Part shown: positions 20,734 through 30,634 of the stretch, one piece after another
Layout: each line of letters starts with the position of its first letter
Position numbering within the stretch: position 1 is the first letter of the stretch
Virus record (IMG/VR): IMGVR_UViG_3300024298_000005
From: a virus
Taxonomy: Duplodnaviria; Heunggongvirae; Uroviricota; Caudoviricetes
Reading direction: 5' to 3' (one strand)
Length of the DNA stretch: 64,000 nucleotides
Program-made: the position numbers and the translations under genes
Notes under the pieces: model-generated
The model's input: the letters and a program-made list of their open reading frames with translations, nothing else
Told to the model about the DNA's origin: nothing
Databases searched by the model: none

Positions 20734-21320
20734 TATCGTTTCTCGATGATTTTGTCAACGAGTCCATATTCAAGAGCTTCTTGCGCTGACATAAACTTAT
20801 CACGTTCCATGTCGCGAGCAAACTCTTCGTAGGTCTTACCTTTTGAATTATGCTTAACATAAATCTCAGTAAGATTCTTTTTCATTTTTAAAATCTCTTC
20901 TGCTTGAATTTGAATATCTGTAGCTTGACCACGGGCGCCGCCGCTGGGTTGATGAATCATGTGACGAGCGTTTGGCAACATATAACGTTTACCTTCTGCT
21001 CCTGCTTGTGCTAACAAACTTCCCATTGAACAAGCCTGTCCCATAACGTAGGTAGCCACAGGGCATTTAATAAACTGCATTGTGTCATAAATGCTCATGC
21101 CTGCTGTAACAACACCACCTGGGCTATTAATAAACAGACTAATTTCTTTATCTGGATTTTCGCTTTCTAAAAATAATAGTTGTGCAACTACAATATTTGC
21201 CATGTGGTCTTCAACTTCACCTGTTAACATGACAATACGCTCTTTAAGTAATCTGCTATAGATATCGTATGCACGTTCGCCTTTTGATGTAGACTCAACT
21301 ACCATTGGTACTAAACTCAT
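20733..21320 (-). CDS. clpP: ATP-dependent Clp protease proteolytic subunit
   Basis: Ser (GQACSMGS), His (HQPSGG), Asp triad spacing; 195 aa. Confidence 0.85.
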   Translation of the reverse strand: MSLVPMVVESTSKGERAYDIYSRLLKERIVMLTGEVEDHMANIVVAQLLFLESENPDKEISLFINSPGGVVTAGMSIYDTMQFIKCPVATYVMGQACSMGSLLAQAGAEGKRYMLPNARHMIHQPSGGARGQATDIQIQAEEILKMKKNLTEIYVKHNSKGKTYEEFARDMERDKFMSAQEALEYGLVDKIIEKR

Positions 21321-22256
21321 TTATGCTTCCTTAATGTTAGAAATATTTTTTAGTTTAAGCTCTTCCATTAGGTCCGTCAACCATCGTAATACCTTTACAT
21401 TTGGTTTATAACCCAGTTCGGCTAATCTTGTAATATCTGCTTCTGTATTTGCTACTGCTCCAACACGTGGCGGAACAACTATTTGTCTATGACTAATAAT
21501 GTCTGCCAATTGTTTGATACTTACAGATTGGCCTGATCCTAAATTGAATACGTCTCCGTGTTCACCGTACTCTAGAACAATCATAAGACCTTTGATAACA
21601 TCACTAACATGAACAAAGTCTCTGCGTTGATCACCACCGCCGTGTAACAACAACGGTTGATTGGTTTCCCAGGCAGAAATAAACTTTGGAATCACTAATG
21701 CGTTTTTGCCAAAGTCCATAAAGTCTCCGTACATGGTAAAAGGTCTTATTATTATTAATTCTGTATCCCCAACAAGACTCTGCACGTGAAGTGCCCATTC
21801 TGCAGACATCTTGCTCACAGCATAAGGATTGGTTGGCATCAATTGGCTATCTTCTCGTTGTTTGATTGTACCGTTGTTTCCATACACTGAGCTAGAACTT
21901 ATATAAACAAATTTCCTTACACCCATAGTTTGGCATAAACTAAAAAATTTATGTGTTGCTGTTATGTTTACATTATAGTATTCAGCGTACTCATTCCAAC
22001 TAGGATCAATCCTAGATCGATTGGCCATATGAACAACAACATCAACTTCTTTAAGATGTTCTTTTAAAACTGGAATATCTTCTGTTATATCGCAATAATG
22101 TATTTGATTATTGTGCGACCACCCTTCTCGAACACTTTGGTCCCATAAGAACGGAGGTTTATCAATCAATACCGTTTCGTCAAACATTTGTTTTAAGAAT
22201 GGGGTAGCATTGCGTCCAAGAAACCCATTTGCTCCAGTGATCATTAATTTGCTCAT
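21321..22256 (-). CDS. NAD-dependent sugar epimerase/dehydratase (SDR family)
   Basis: ITGANGFLG Rossmann motif, YAVSK catalytic YxxxK. Confidence 0.75.
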   Translation of the reverse strand: MSKLMITGANGFLGRNATPFLKQMFDETVLIDKPPFLWDQSVREGWSHNNQIHYCDITEDIPVLKEHLKEVDVVVHMANRSRIDPSWNEYAEYYNVNITATHKFFSLCQTMGVRKFVYISSSSVYGNNGTIKQREDSQLMPTNPYAVSKMSAEWALHVQSLVGDTELIIIRPFTMYGDFMDFGKNALVIPKFISAWETNQPLLLHGGGDQRRDFVHVSDVIKGLMIVLEYGEHGDVFNLGSGQSVSIKQLADIISHRQIVVPPRVGAVANTEADITRLAELGYKPNVKVLRWLTDLMEELKLKNISNIKEA

Positions 22257-22331
22257 ATATTAATTTATTTGTCAATGACTTGATTTTTTAGTAATCTGAG
22301 CATATAATACATTCTCGGCGTTAAATACACT

Positions 22332-22871
22332 TTGTTAACCAAAAGTAAAAAAATGAGTACCCTACTATTAAATGCAGACATGCAACCAATTAGCCTACTT
22401 CCGCTATCTTGTGTAGATTGGCAGGAAGCCATTCGCTATATGGTTTTGGACAAGGCCGAAGTCCTTGAGTGGTATGACGACTGGATTGTTCATTCAGCTC
22501 GTTGGGAAACTAAAGTTCCTGCTGTACTAATGCTCAAGGAATATCAAAAGCCTAAGAACACAATGCGCTTATCTAAGCGTAATGTATTCTTGCGAGACCA
22601 ATATACTTGCCAATACTGCGGTACAGAAGTAACAGATCAAACTGCTACTTTGGACCATGTACATCCTGTGTCAAAAGGAGGTAAGACCACTTGGGAAAAC
22701 TCTACAACTGCATGTAAGCCTTGCAACTATAAAAAGGCTGCTCATGTAGGTAAGATGAAACCAAAATTGTCTCCATACAAACCCCACTTTTGGGATCTAG
22801 TTGAAAAGAGAAAACTAAAAGGTTTTCACTTACATCATCCAAGCTGGGCATCTTATTTGGGTGTTGAATGA
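22332..22871 (+). CDS. HNH endonuclease
   Basis: CxxC ... LDHVHPVSKGG ... N ... CxxCN HNH motif. Confidence 0.7.
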   Translation: MLTKSKKMSTLLLNADMQPISLLPLSCVDWQEAIRYMVLDKAEVLEWYDDWIVHSARWETKVPAVLMLKEYQKPKNTMRLSKRNVFLRDQYTCQYCGTEVTDQTATLDHVHPVSKGGKTTWENSTTACKPCNYKKAAHVGKMKPKLSPYKPHFWDLVEKRKLKGFHLHHPSWASYLGVE

Positions 22872-23458
22872 CTCCGATCAGTCTATCTCCAGCGGTTGTA
22901 TGGAAAGGCCATTATTCTGGTGACCTAAGTGAGTTGGTTAAACGAGCTTCTCATAAACTCAAAACTGGATCACAACTTAATAACAGAGTAGAACGGGACG
23001 GAGGGATAAGTTCTTCCTCCGATCCCGATGCGCCTCACTACTGGGAAGAATCAAACGATTTTCTTGTTTGGGCGGGACCAATGATAGAAAAAGTTTGGGC
23101 TGAATGGCAACTTCCAAAATGTGACTTATCAATAAGCTCTAGTTGGGTTAACCTTCATCCTTTTAACGGATGGACTGACGAACACACTCACGGTAGTGTT
23201 CCGTTGGTCTGCGTTTTATATGTTGAACAACCTGCCAACGGTGGAAACTTAGAAATTTTTGATCCAATGTTTCATATTTGGAGCGGAAGTCTTAGAGTTG
23301 AGCTTCCTTGGAAAGAAGTTGAAGTCCAAACGGGAGATGTATTAATGTTCCCAGGTTGGATGCTACATAAAACTCAAAAAAACAACTCAAACGATGATCG
23401 GATCGTTATGAGTATAAACATTAGCCCAAATCCTCACACATTCCATAGAACATTTTAG
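22868..23458 (+). CDS. 2OG-Fe(II) oxygenase superfamily protein (TIGR02466-like)
   Basis: C-terminal LMFPGWMLHK motif shared with paralogs at 29352, 33094, 55829. Confidence 0.6.
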   Translation: MTPISLSPAVVWKGHYSGDLSELVKRASHKLKTGSQLNNRVERDGGISSSSDPDAPHYWEESNDFLVWAGPMIEKVWAEWQLPKCDLSISSSWVNLHPFNGWTDEHTHGSVPLVCVLYVEQPANGGNLEIFDPMFHIWSGSLRVELPWKEVEVQTGDVLMFPGWMLHKTQKNNSNDDRIVMSINISPNPHTFHRTF

Positions 23459-23459
23459 G

Positions 23460-23488
23460 TTGACATCTGTATTTTCCTGTGTTATACT
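23460..23488 (+). promoter_or_regulatory. sigma70-type promoter (TTGACA-N17-TATACT)
   Basis: consensus -35 and near-consensus -10 read directly. Confidence 0.5.
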
Positions 23489-23520
23489 AGTAACATAGTA
23501 AACTTCGTATAGGGAGATAT

Positions 23521-23697
23521 ATGGATACACTTTTAATGTTATGGGTTTTGGCTTGGGGCAACAATGCTTATAATGAGTTGACAGAACCTCCGCCCGAAGT
23601 TATAATAACAAAGTTACCTGTATCGCCTGAATTGTATTACCCAGACCTCACAAATGAAGATATGTGGGACCCAAACTGGATCAACAAGAAAGTTTAA
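23521..23697 (+). CDS. small hypothetical protein (58 aa)
   Basis: GGGAGA RBS; hand translated; absent from ORF track. Confidence 0.35.
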   Translation: MDTLLMLWVLAWGNNAYNELTEPPPEVIITKLPVSPELYYPDLTNEDMWDPNWINKKV

Positions 23698-23698
23698 A

Positions 23699-24052
23699 AT
23701 GCGTTATATATTAGCATCTTGGGATCGCGAAGGATTCGAATGTTTAGAAGACATTACTTCTAAGCATCCGGACATTTGGGAAAAAAACCAAATCATCGAA
23801 GTGCTCAAAGGCAACGAACTCCGAACAAATCCGTTGGCACAACAAATCGGACACATGACTCTTCGTGCTCGTTTCAATTCGCAACGTTGTTATGAAATCT
23901 ATGTGTTCACCACAGAAGATGATATAGAATTTAAAGATGTAGAAGATTGGATGATTGCTGATCCACAAAGTTTAGTTAATTGGATTCGTGTTAATCACTA
24001 TGCCAAAATCTACTCGGACTATCACCCCAACCACAAACCTGTAATTGTTTAA
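23699..24052 (+). CDS. hypothetical protein
   Basis: ORF track 23654..24052, start moved to ATG following upstream stop. Confidence 0.45.
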   Translation: MRYILASWDREGFECLEDITSKHPDIWEKNQIIEVLKGNELRTNPLAQQIGHMTLRARFNSQRCYEIYVFTTEDDIEFKDVEDWMIADPQSLVNWIRVNHYAKIYSDYHPNHKPVIV

Positions 24053-24060
24053 GGACTTAT

Positions 24061-25383
24061 ATGCGAACACAACCACAAGTTATTATTCAGCGTCTTGAAG
24101 CAGACAATAGCCGTCTAGCTAAAGAAGCTGTTATTGCTGATGCTATGACCGAAGGCTTAGATGAGTTCTTCGAAGGCGTAAAAATGGCGTTAGACAATCT
24201 TTATACATTTGGTGTTAAACAGGTCCCTACATCAGACAAAGATGGACAGGGACTAAGTTGGGATAACTTTAAACAACTGGCAGAGAGTTTATATCGTCGT
24301 GAGCTCACCGGTCATGCCGCACGTGATGCTATCCAATTGGCTATGGATGTGGCAACCAAAGATCAATGGAATGATTTTTATCGTCGTATTCTTATTAAAG
24401 ATCTGCGCTGTGGTGTTAGCGAAAAGACCGTTAACTCTGTAGCAAAGAAACAAAAGAAATTAGAATATGCTGTGCCAGTATTTGAATGCCAGCTTAGCCA
24501 CGATAGTGCTAATCACGAAAGCAAACTTACAGGTAAGAAAATTGTAGAGCGTAAGTTAGATGGTGTTCGTTGTTTAACGGTAATTGATTATGAACAACGC
24601 ACCGTGACACAATATACACGTAATGGTAAAGTCCTTGAAAACTTTAAACACATTACCGATTATCTGCAAAATTATATTGACGAGTTTGGTCGTTCATATG
24701 TATTAGACGGCGAAATTATGAGCAATTCGTTTCAAGATTTAATGAAACAAGTTCATCGTAAAGACAATGTAAATGCGTCTGATGCTGTTCTCAATTTGTT
24801 TGATATTGTACCATTAGTGGAATTCAAACAAGGCAAGAGTACATTAGGTCAACGTCGTCGTAGTGCTTTCCTAAAAAATTGGGAAAACATCTTTAATGAT
24901 TCGGGTTTTATAACCATTGTGCCTCAACGAGAATTCAATCTTGATGTGTTCACAGACGAAATTGATTTCAAAGACTACATGAAAGAAATGGTCGAGGCAG
25001 GCTATGAAGGCGTAATGATCAAAGATCCTGATGCCAAATATGAATGTAAACGTAGTACCTCTTGGCTTAAGATGAAACCGTTTATTGAAGTTAGTCTATC
25101 AGTTACGTCAGTAGAAGAAGGAACAGGACGTAATGTAGGCAAGTTAGGTGCTATTGTTTGTGAAGGTGTAGATGATGGTAAAAGGATTGTGGTCAATTGT
25201 GGTTCGGGTTTTACAGACGAACAAAGAGCAGAATTCTGGGAAGCTAAGGATACGCTCATTGGGCAGGTCGTGGAAGTCCGTGCAGATGCAGCGACTCGGA
25301 GCCAGGATAGCGAAGATACGTGGTCGCTACGTTTTCCACGATTCCTCCGGTTCCGTGGATTTACAAAAGGTGAAAAACTCTAA
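24061..25383 (+). CDS. ATP-dependent DNA ligase
   Basis: adenylation motif ERKLDGVR (KxDG), 440 aa. Confidence 0.85.
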   Translation: MRTQPQVIIQRLEADNSRLAKEAVIADAMTEGLDEFFEGVKMALDNLYTFGVKQVPTSDKDGQGLSWDNFKQLAESLYRRELTGHAARDAIQLAMDVATKDQWNDFYRRILIKDLRCGVSEKTVNSVAKKQKKLEYAVPVFECQLSHDSANHESKLTGKKIVERKLDGVRCLTVIDYEQRTVTQYTRNGKVLENFKHITDYLQNYIDEFGRSYVLDGEIMSNSFQDLMKQVHRKDNVNASDAVLNLFDIVPLVEFKQGKSTLGQRRRSAFLKNWENIFNDSGFITIVPQREFNLDVFTDEIDFKDYMKEMVEAGYEGVMIKDPDAKYECKRSTSWLKMKPFIEVSLSVTSVEEGTGRNVGKLGAIVCEGVDDGKRIVVNCGSGFTDEQRAEFWEAKDTLIGQVVEVRADAATRSQDSEDTWSLRFPRFLRFRGFTKGEKL

Positions 25384-25384
25384 G

Positions 25385-25624
25385 ATGCAAAAAGGTGCTA
25401 TTAAAGATCTAATCTATGGTGGTTTGGAAGAGATCTTAAACAACAGAAACTACTACTATCACTCCAGTGTGGGTGCTGCCTACAGCCATTTAACCGAGGA
25501 CGGTAAAGTGGCAGTCGTTGAGTTTATGGACTTGATGTCGTGGAAGATCAAAGAAGCCAACGAAGCAGATCTAGAACGTAGAGCCAAACAACAAGTATTA
25601 GATCAACTTAAAAAGAAAGATTAA
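25385..25624 (+). CDS. hypothetical protein
   Basis: in-frame ATG after ligase stop. Confidence 0.45.
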   Translation: MQKGAIKDLIYGGLEEILNNRNYYYHSSVGAAYSHLTEDGKVAVVEFMDLMSWKIKEANEADLERRAKQQVLDQLKKKD

Positions 25625-26295
25625 TGGACATAAAATTTTACTGCACCGATCCTGCCGTTGTAGAACATTTTTCTCCGCAGCCGGCAAATAAAGTTATACC
25701 ACAATGGTATAAAGACCTGCCTGTTGACATTTTAGATCGTTGGGGGAAACTTGATGTGCCTAGTGCAAAACAATGTGTTCCTTTGCAGGATATGATTACC
25801 TCTGGGTATATTTTATTCAATAGTTTTGATATAGAATTATATCCTAATATGATCGAAGGGATTGAAGATTACAAAGTTCGAACACCATCTAGAGAACACG
25901 TAAGCAGTCATCCGCACAAACAATGTCCTGTTCACATTGACGGGAAAAAGAAAAACTATATTAAAATTGTAAACGAATGGCTTGTTCGGACGCCTCCGGG
26001 CTATAGCTGTTTGTTTATACAACCATTTTACCATTTTGAAGAAAACTTCAAATTGTTGCCTGCTATTGTTGATACAGATACATTTGATATTCCAGTTCAA
26101 TTTCCGGGATATCTAACAGGTAAACATGAGTGCTATACTATCAAATCAGGTACTCCGTTAATGCAGGTTATTCCTTTTAAAAGAGAAGATTGGAATATGA
26201 GTGTTGAGCTTAAACAACCTCAAAAAAGTTTCTTAGAATTTTCTTTTTCAAATACTTATAGAAGTATTTTTCATCGTAAGAAACATTACAAATGA
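25624..26295 (+). CDS. hypothetical protein
   Basis: 223-aa ORF, ATGA coupling. Confidence 0.5.
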   Translation: MDIKFYCTDPAVVEHFSPQPANKVIPQWYKDLPVDILDRWGKLDVPSAKQCVPLQDMITSGYILFNSFDIELYPNMIEGIEDYKVRTPSREHVSSHPHKQCPVHIDGKKKNYIKIVNEWLVRTPPGYSCLFIQPFYHFEENFKLLPAIVDTDTFDIPVQFPGYLTGKHECYTIKSGTPLMQVIPFKREDWNMSVELKQPQKSFLEFSFSNTYRSIFHRKKHYK

Positions 26296-26522
26296 CAATT
26301 AGCTACATTCCAAATTACACTATAGAAAACACTACTATCAGTGTAAACGAGAACGCATATAATACCATTCAATGCTATGCTGGCGGTGCTGAAATGCTTC
26401 GTGTTGCTAAAGATGGATTTTATGTTCGTGGAGTAAAAGTGCCACAGGATGATAAAGAAGCAGAAACCGTGTACAATGCATTCAAGGCATTTTTAATGTG
26501 GTCAGAACTTAATAGGAGATGA
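26292..26522 (+). CDS. hypothetical protein
   Basis: 76-aa ORF. Confidence 0.4.
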   Translation: MTISYIPNYTIENTTISVNENAYNTIQCYAGGAEMLRVAKDGFYVRGVKVPQDDKEAETVYNAFKAFLMWSELNRR

Positions 26523-26523
26523 T

Positions 26524-26703
26524 ATGAGTGGACGTGGATTTATTGCAGAAGAACTGCCAACCGTTTGTGAAATGTGCGGAAAGATAGACGAATGTCGTCC
26601 CTATGGTCCAAACGATGAGCAAATTTGTTTTGAGTGTGCTATGAAAGACGAAGAAACAACTCAAAAGAAAATGGCTGCTTATATTTTCGGAGTTGAAGAA
26701 TGA
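26524..26703 (+). CDS. small zinc-ribbon protein (CxxC...CxxC)
   Basis: hand translation MSGRGFIAEELPTVCEMCGKIDEC...ICFECA. Confidence 0.4.
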   Translation: MSGRGFIAEELPTVCEMCGKIDECRPYGPNDEQICFECAMKDEETTQKKMAAYIFGVEE

Positions 26704-26876
26704 TTAGACTAGTATTGGTATTTGCTTTTTTGGCAGCAGTCATCCATTTTACCATTACAACTTGGAGAAACATGACCGGAAAGGAACGTTGGTCGTTGAC
26801 AAAAACTCTAGGTTATAGTATAATTGTTTCACTGCTAGCAATAGTGGTAATGATGTTTATCGTAGTTTTATTTTAA
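26700..26876 (+). CDS. small membrane protein
   Basis: two hydrophobic helices; contains promoter for next gene. Confidence 0.35.
   Translation: MIRLVLVFAFLAAVIHFTITTWRNMTGKERWSLTKTLGYSIIVSLLAIVVMMFIVVLF
26796..26824 (+). promoter_or_regulatory. consensus sigma70 promoter TTGACA-N17-TATAAT
   Basis: perfect hexamers, 17-nt spacer, upstream of SPFH lipoprotein gene. Confidence 0.6.
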
Positions 26877-26887
26877 GGACACACACA

Positions 26888-27682
26888 ATGAAGCGTATTG
26901 CAACTCTTTCTATCCTTGCCGCGGCTATTTTGGCCACTGGCTGTACTCGTATTGAAACTGGTGAAGTTGGTCTGCGGGTCGGCTTTGACAAACAAGTTAA
27001 GAATGATGAGCTCTTGCCTGGCAGTTTTAATCAAACCATTATTGGAGATGTTCTTACATTCCCGGTTAAGGATGTTAACGTCAAACTGGATGACATGACT
27101 CCTATTGCCAAAGATAACAGCACAATGAAAGACTTTGATGCTATTGTTATCTATAGTTTGAACCAAGCACAGGTAGCAGAACTTTACAATACAAAAAGCA
27201 AAGCATTTCACGTTAAACATGACGGTGATACTTATCTAATGTTTAATTACATTTACAATGCTGCTCGTAATGCTATCTACAAAGAAGCACGTAAGTATGA
27301 AGCATTGGACATGGCGGACAATCGTCAGCAAATGGAAACTGCTATTAAAGAACAAATCCAAAAAACTCTTGTAGAAGAAAAATTGGATGGTTCAATTACT
27401 ATTACACAAGTTCTTGTTCGTAATGTTGTGCCAGCAGACTCCGTTGTAGAATCAGCCAATGCTCTTGTTCGTGCAAAGAATGAGTTCAAACAAAAAGAAG
27501 TTGAAGTGGCTACTGCTAAGAAAGAAGCAGAGCGTATGCAAGCTCTGAGCAATCAAGGCGCCCAATCAATTGCTTACATGAACGCACAGGCCGCACTTAA
27601 TATCTCAGAAGGTATTAAGAACGGTAAGGTACAGACAATTGTTGTTCCTAGCAACATGACTGGTTTGATGATTAACAAGTAA
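26888..27682 (+). CDS. SPFH/band-7 (HflK/C-, prohibitin-like) lipoprotein
   Basis: signal peptide with lipobox LATGC; SPFH-like core; C-terminal coiled-coil. Confidence 0.6.
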   Translation: MKRIATLSILAAAILATGCTRIETGEVGLRVGFDKQVKNDELLPGSFNQTIIGDVLTFPVKDVNVKLDDMTPIAKDNSTMKDFDAIVIYSLNQAQVAELYNTKSKAFHVKHDGDTYLMFNYIYNAARNAIYKEARKYEALDMADNRQQMETAIKEQIQKTLVEEKLDGSITITQVLVRNVVPADSVVESANALVRAKNEFKQKEVEVATAKKEAERMQALSNQGAQSIAYMNAQAALNISEGIKNGKVQTIVVPSNMTGLMINK

Positions 27683-28200
27683 TGAAGATCTTCGGACGCT
27701 CAGGGGGCTACTACTTATTTTGGTGTAGTGCCCTCTACCTAGTGATAGGTATGCTAGATATATTTTTTATCGAAGCAGACCTATCACCGCAAATACAGAT
27801 AGCATGGTTATCTGTTCTAGTTGCTCCCTTTGTGTTTCCACCCTGGGGGCGTTGGTTTAATTTAGATATAAATTGGGATAAGAAAATGTTCAATTTGTTT
27901 GGCAAAAAAGATAAAGGCAATGTTGTAGACTTTCCTAAACTGGTAGAGCCTACAGAACCTAAACCAGAACCCAAAAAAGAAGAACCTGCTAAGATTTTTT
28001 ATCGCCTGGGCCTAACTGACAACAACCGTGTTAGTTTCCAAATGGGCTACAGCGAGATTACCATGAATAAGGCAGGTTGTCAACAAATGATTGATCAACT
28101 TGAATTCTTTAAAGGTCAACTCTACGACGACAACGACACAACCCCGCCCGATCCAGACGGCGGTGAACCAGTTCCAGTTCCAGAACAAAAGGCTGCGTGA
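27682..28200 (+). CDS. membrane protein with Pro/Glu-rich tail
   Basis: N-terminal TM helices, PEPKPEPKKEEP segment. Confidence 0.45.
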   Translation: MKIFGRSGGYYLFWCSALYLVIGMLDIFFIEADLSPQIQIAWLSVLVAPFVFPPWGRWFNLDINWDKKMFNLFGKKDKGNVVDFPKLVEPTEPKPEPKKEEPAKIFYRLGLTDNNRVSFQMGYSEITMNKAGCQQMIDQLEFFKGQLYDDNDTTPPDPDGGEPVPVPEQKAA

Positions 28201-28314
28201 TGGTTATTGAAATCGTGATGTGGGGATTCCTATCAGCTTTTGGCTGGTGGGGAGCCAACCATTATGTAATTGAACCTTACTTTCCTCCACCTATCGAAAA
28301 AAAGAAAGAAGACA

Positions 28315-28989
28315 ATGGGATCGATTCTAAGTGATATTTTTGATGATTGGAGAAACGATGCGTCTTATTACAAGCCGCAACATAAAAACTACAATCAGCC
28401 TGTAAAGATTATTAGGGTTCCGTGTTGTCACAATGACGATCAAGAACCTGTGTCTATCATTTGTCCAGACATGAAAAACGGGCCATGGATCGCCGGTGGT
28501 GCATGTCTACGCTGGTATCAAGGTCTTCCTGTAGGAGATGCTGATATTGATGTGTTCTGTTCATCTCCTGAACAGGCACAACAAATTATCGATGAGATTA
28601 AAAGCTACGGTCGTTATTCTACAAAATTTGAAAGTGAAAATGCCACCACGTTAAGCTATCATAGTAAAGATAGTAAGTATTGGACTTTACAGATCATTAA
28701 GCGTAGGTATTTTAAAAACTTACAAGAAGTTATTGATAATTTTGATATTAGTGTTTGTCAAATTGGCACAGGAGGTCAAGAGTGGTTAATGGGTAAAACT
28801 ACTGCTCGAGATATTCGTGAGAAAAATCTAAGAATGAACATGCCATTGCAACCAGATGCTGCTAAACGTCTTGCAAAATATTGGACTTATGGTTATCGTC
28901 CTGTAGACGGTTTGCTTGATTCTATTCGAAATAATCCTGTAGCAAAACAAGAATTCCAAGTAGATGGAGATTACGAAAATGCGTTCTGA
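28315..28989 (+). CDS. hypothetical protein (possible nucleotidyltransferase fold)
   Basis: AGGA...VGDADID resembles hG[GS]-x-DhD NTase motif; start moved to ATG 28315. Confidence 0.4.
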   Translation: MGSILSDIFDDWRNDASYYKPQHKNYNQPVKIIRVPCCHNDDQEPVSIICPDMKNGPWIAGGACLRWYQGLPVGDADIDVFCSSPEQAQQIIDEIKSYGRYSTKFESENATTLSYHSKDSKYWTLQIIKRRYFKNLQEVIDNFDISVCQIGTGGQEWLMGKTTARDIREKNLRMNMPLQPDAAKRLAKYWTYGYRPVDGLLDSIRNNPVAKQEFQVDGDYENAF

Positions 28990-29359
28990 ACTAAGTTGGA
29001 GTGTACTAGATCCAAAACCGGTTCTATTGTATATTAGAAATTCTGACGAATATATATGTTATTGGAACGGCATTGCTATGACACATACTATGGCTATGAA
29101 TATGGCTTTAGAACCGTTTGGTATCTTTGCTACTCCAGAAATGAAAACATCTATGGAACAGGACTATCGAAGAATCTATTATGCAGGAGGTTTCGATACT
29201 CGTGCTTGGGATTTTAAAGTTTCAGAAAGCCCAATATATCCATATGTAAAACGTTTAATGGCTGAACATATTAAAAAGACCATTGCTGAACAAAAACGTC
29301 CTATTGCAGAAGTATTAGGATGGTTTGATTATAGTAGGGCTCGAACAGATAATGATTGA
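28979..29359 (+). CDS. hypothetical protein
   Basis: GGAGA RBS before internal Met. Confidence 0.4.
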   Translation: MRSELSWSVLDPKPVLLYIRNSDEYICYWNGIAMTHTMAMNMALEPFGIFATPEMKTSMEQDYRRIYYAGGFDTRAWDFKVSESPIYPYVKRLMAEHIKKTIAEQKRPIAEVLGWFDYSRARTDND

Positions 29360-29948
29360 AGATATATTTGCTATTTCAATATATAGAACAAAATATAAAG
29401 ATAACATTGTTGAATTACAAAACAATGTTATCCCCCTTCTTGAGCCTGTCTTTGCTGAAACAATTAAAGACAATCAAGGTTCAATGAGGAACGGTGGATT
29501 ATGCTCTTATAATGTTGTACGCAATTTACAATCAATGCCCGAACTACAAGGGTTATTAGAATTTTTAACAGAACATGTTAATGCATATTGGCAACATTTA
29601 AATTATTCAGGAAAACCTGCTATTGTTGAGATGTGGGCCAATCGATATGCTCCAGGGTCATTTATCGATACGCACAATCATAGTCCAGTTCCGTTAACAT
29701 CAAGTTTTTATCTTAAGAAAAATAAAGATTCGGGCAATCTTGTTTTTGAACACCCAAATGAAGTAATACTTAAACATCAACCATATTCATTTAACAATAG
29801 AAGTTCATATCACCAGTTGTTTGATTACGAAGTGCCTGTTGAAGAAGGAGACCTTGTTATCTTTCCTTCATATCTAAGACACAAGACTATGCCCAATCAA
29901 TCTACAGAAGATAGAATTATTATTGGTACAAACATATTCGCTGTATGA
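29352..29948 (+). CDS. 2OG-Fe(II) oxygenase superfamily protein (TIGR02466-like)
   Basis: HNH..., C-terminal VIFPSYLRHKT motif; paralog of 22868, 33094, 55829. Confidence 0.65.
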   Translation: MIEDIFAISIYRTKYKDNIVELQNNVIPLLEPVFAETIKDNQGSMRNGGLCSYNVVRNLQSMPELQGLLEFLTEHVNAYWQHLNYSGKPAIVEMWANRYAPGSFIDTHNHSPVPLTSSFYLKKNKDSGNLVFEHPNEVILKHQPYSFNNRSSYHQLFDYEVPVEEGDLVIFPSYLRHKTMPNQSTEDRIIIGTNIFAV

Positions 29949-30595
29949 TAAGAACTATTGAACCGGATATATTAATGCTCGATCCTGATCAGTGTATGGA
30001 ATTTTATTCTGCACATAGAGAAGGGTTAAGAGAGTTTTTCATTAGTCAGATAGCCACTCACAAAGTACAAGGTGATGTTGCTGATTTAGGATGTGGTCCT
30101 GCAGACTATTCTTTTGCATTATCTAGAGAATTTAGAAACATTCATATTGATTGTTATGACGGTTCCCCTGCTATGATAGATCTTGCTAGAGAATTTGTTG
30201 TTGCAGATAATAGACAAATTACATTATACAACAAAATGTTTAGCGATATTGATAAAAAGTATGACTGGATTATATCTACAAATACTCTACATCATTTTCA
30301 CAACCCAAATGATTTTTGGAACGTTGTAAAAAACATTTCGAAACCAGGATCGAATGTTTTTGTATTGGATCTAGCTCGACCCGACAGCGAAGATACAATT
30401 GAGTATTACATAAACACATTTTCTTTTTTAGATGGCGAGAAATTTAAAGAAGATTTTAGAAACTCTTTAAGAGCCGCTTTTACCAAAACCGAATTAGAAG
30501 AACAATTAAAACTAAATGGGCTGACAGGCCTATCTGTACAATCATTTTCATTCCCTTTGGAAGTGTTAATTGTACAAGGAAAGATTGACAACTAA
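29945..30595 (+). CDS. class I SAM-dependent methyltransferase
   Basis: motif I VADLGCGPADYS. Confidence 0.7.
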   Translation: MIRTIEPDILMLDPDQCMEFYSAHREGLREFFISQIATHKVQGDVADLGCGPADYSFALSREFRNIHIDCYDGSPAMIDLAREFVVADNRQITLYNKMFSDIDKKYDWIISTNTLHHFHNPNDFWNVVKNISKPGSNVFVLDLARPDSEDTIEYYINTFSFLDGEKFKEDFRNSLRAAFTKTELEEQLKLNGLTGLSVQSFSFPLEVLIVQGKIDN

Positions 30596-30634
30596 TAATA
30601 ATTCACGTATAATGTAGTTAGAAAGGACACAAAG

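Noticed and set aside
22277-22312. CATATAATAC -10-like element upstream of the HNH gene
   Set aside because: No acceptable -35 element at 16-18 nt spacing is present. It was left uncalled.
25002-25259. 85-aa antisense ORF inside the DNA ligase gene, and 25172 + ORF overlapping its 3' end
   Set aside because: Both are nested in ligase coding sequence. The downstream gene more plausibly starts at ATG 25385.
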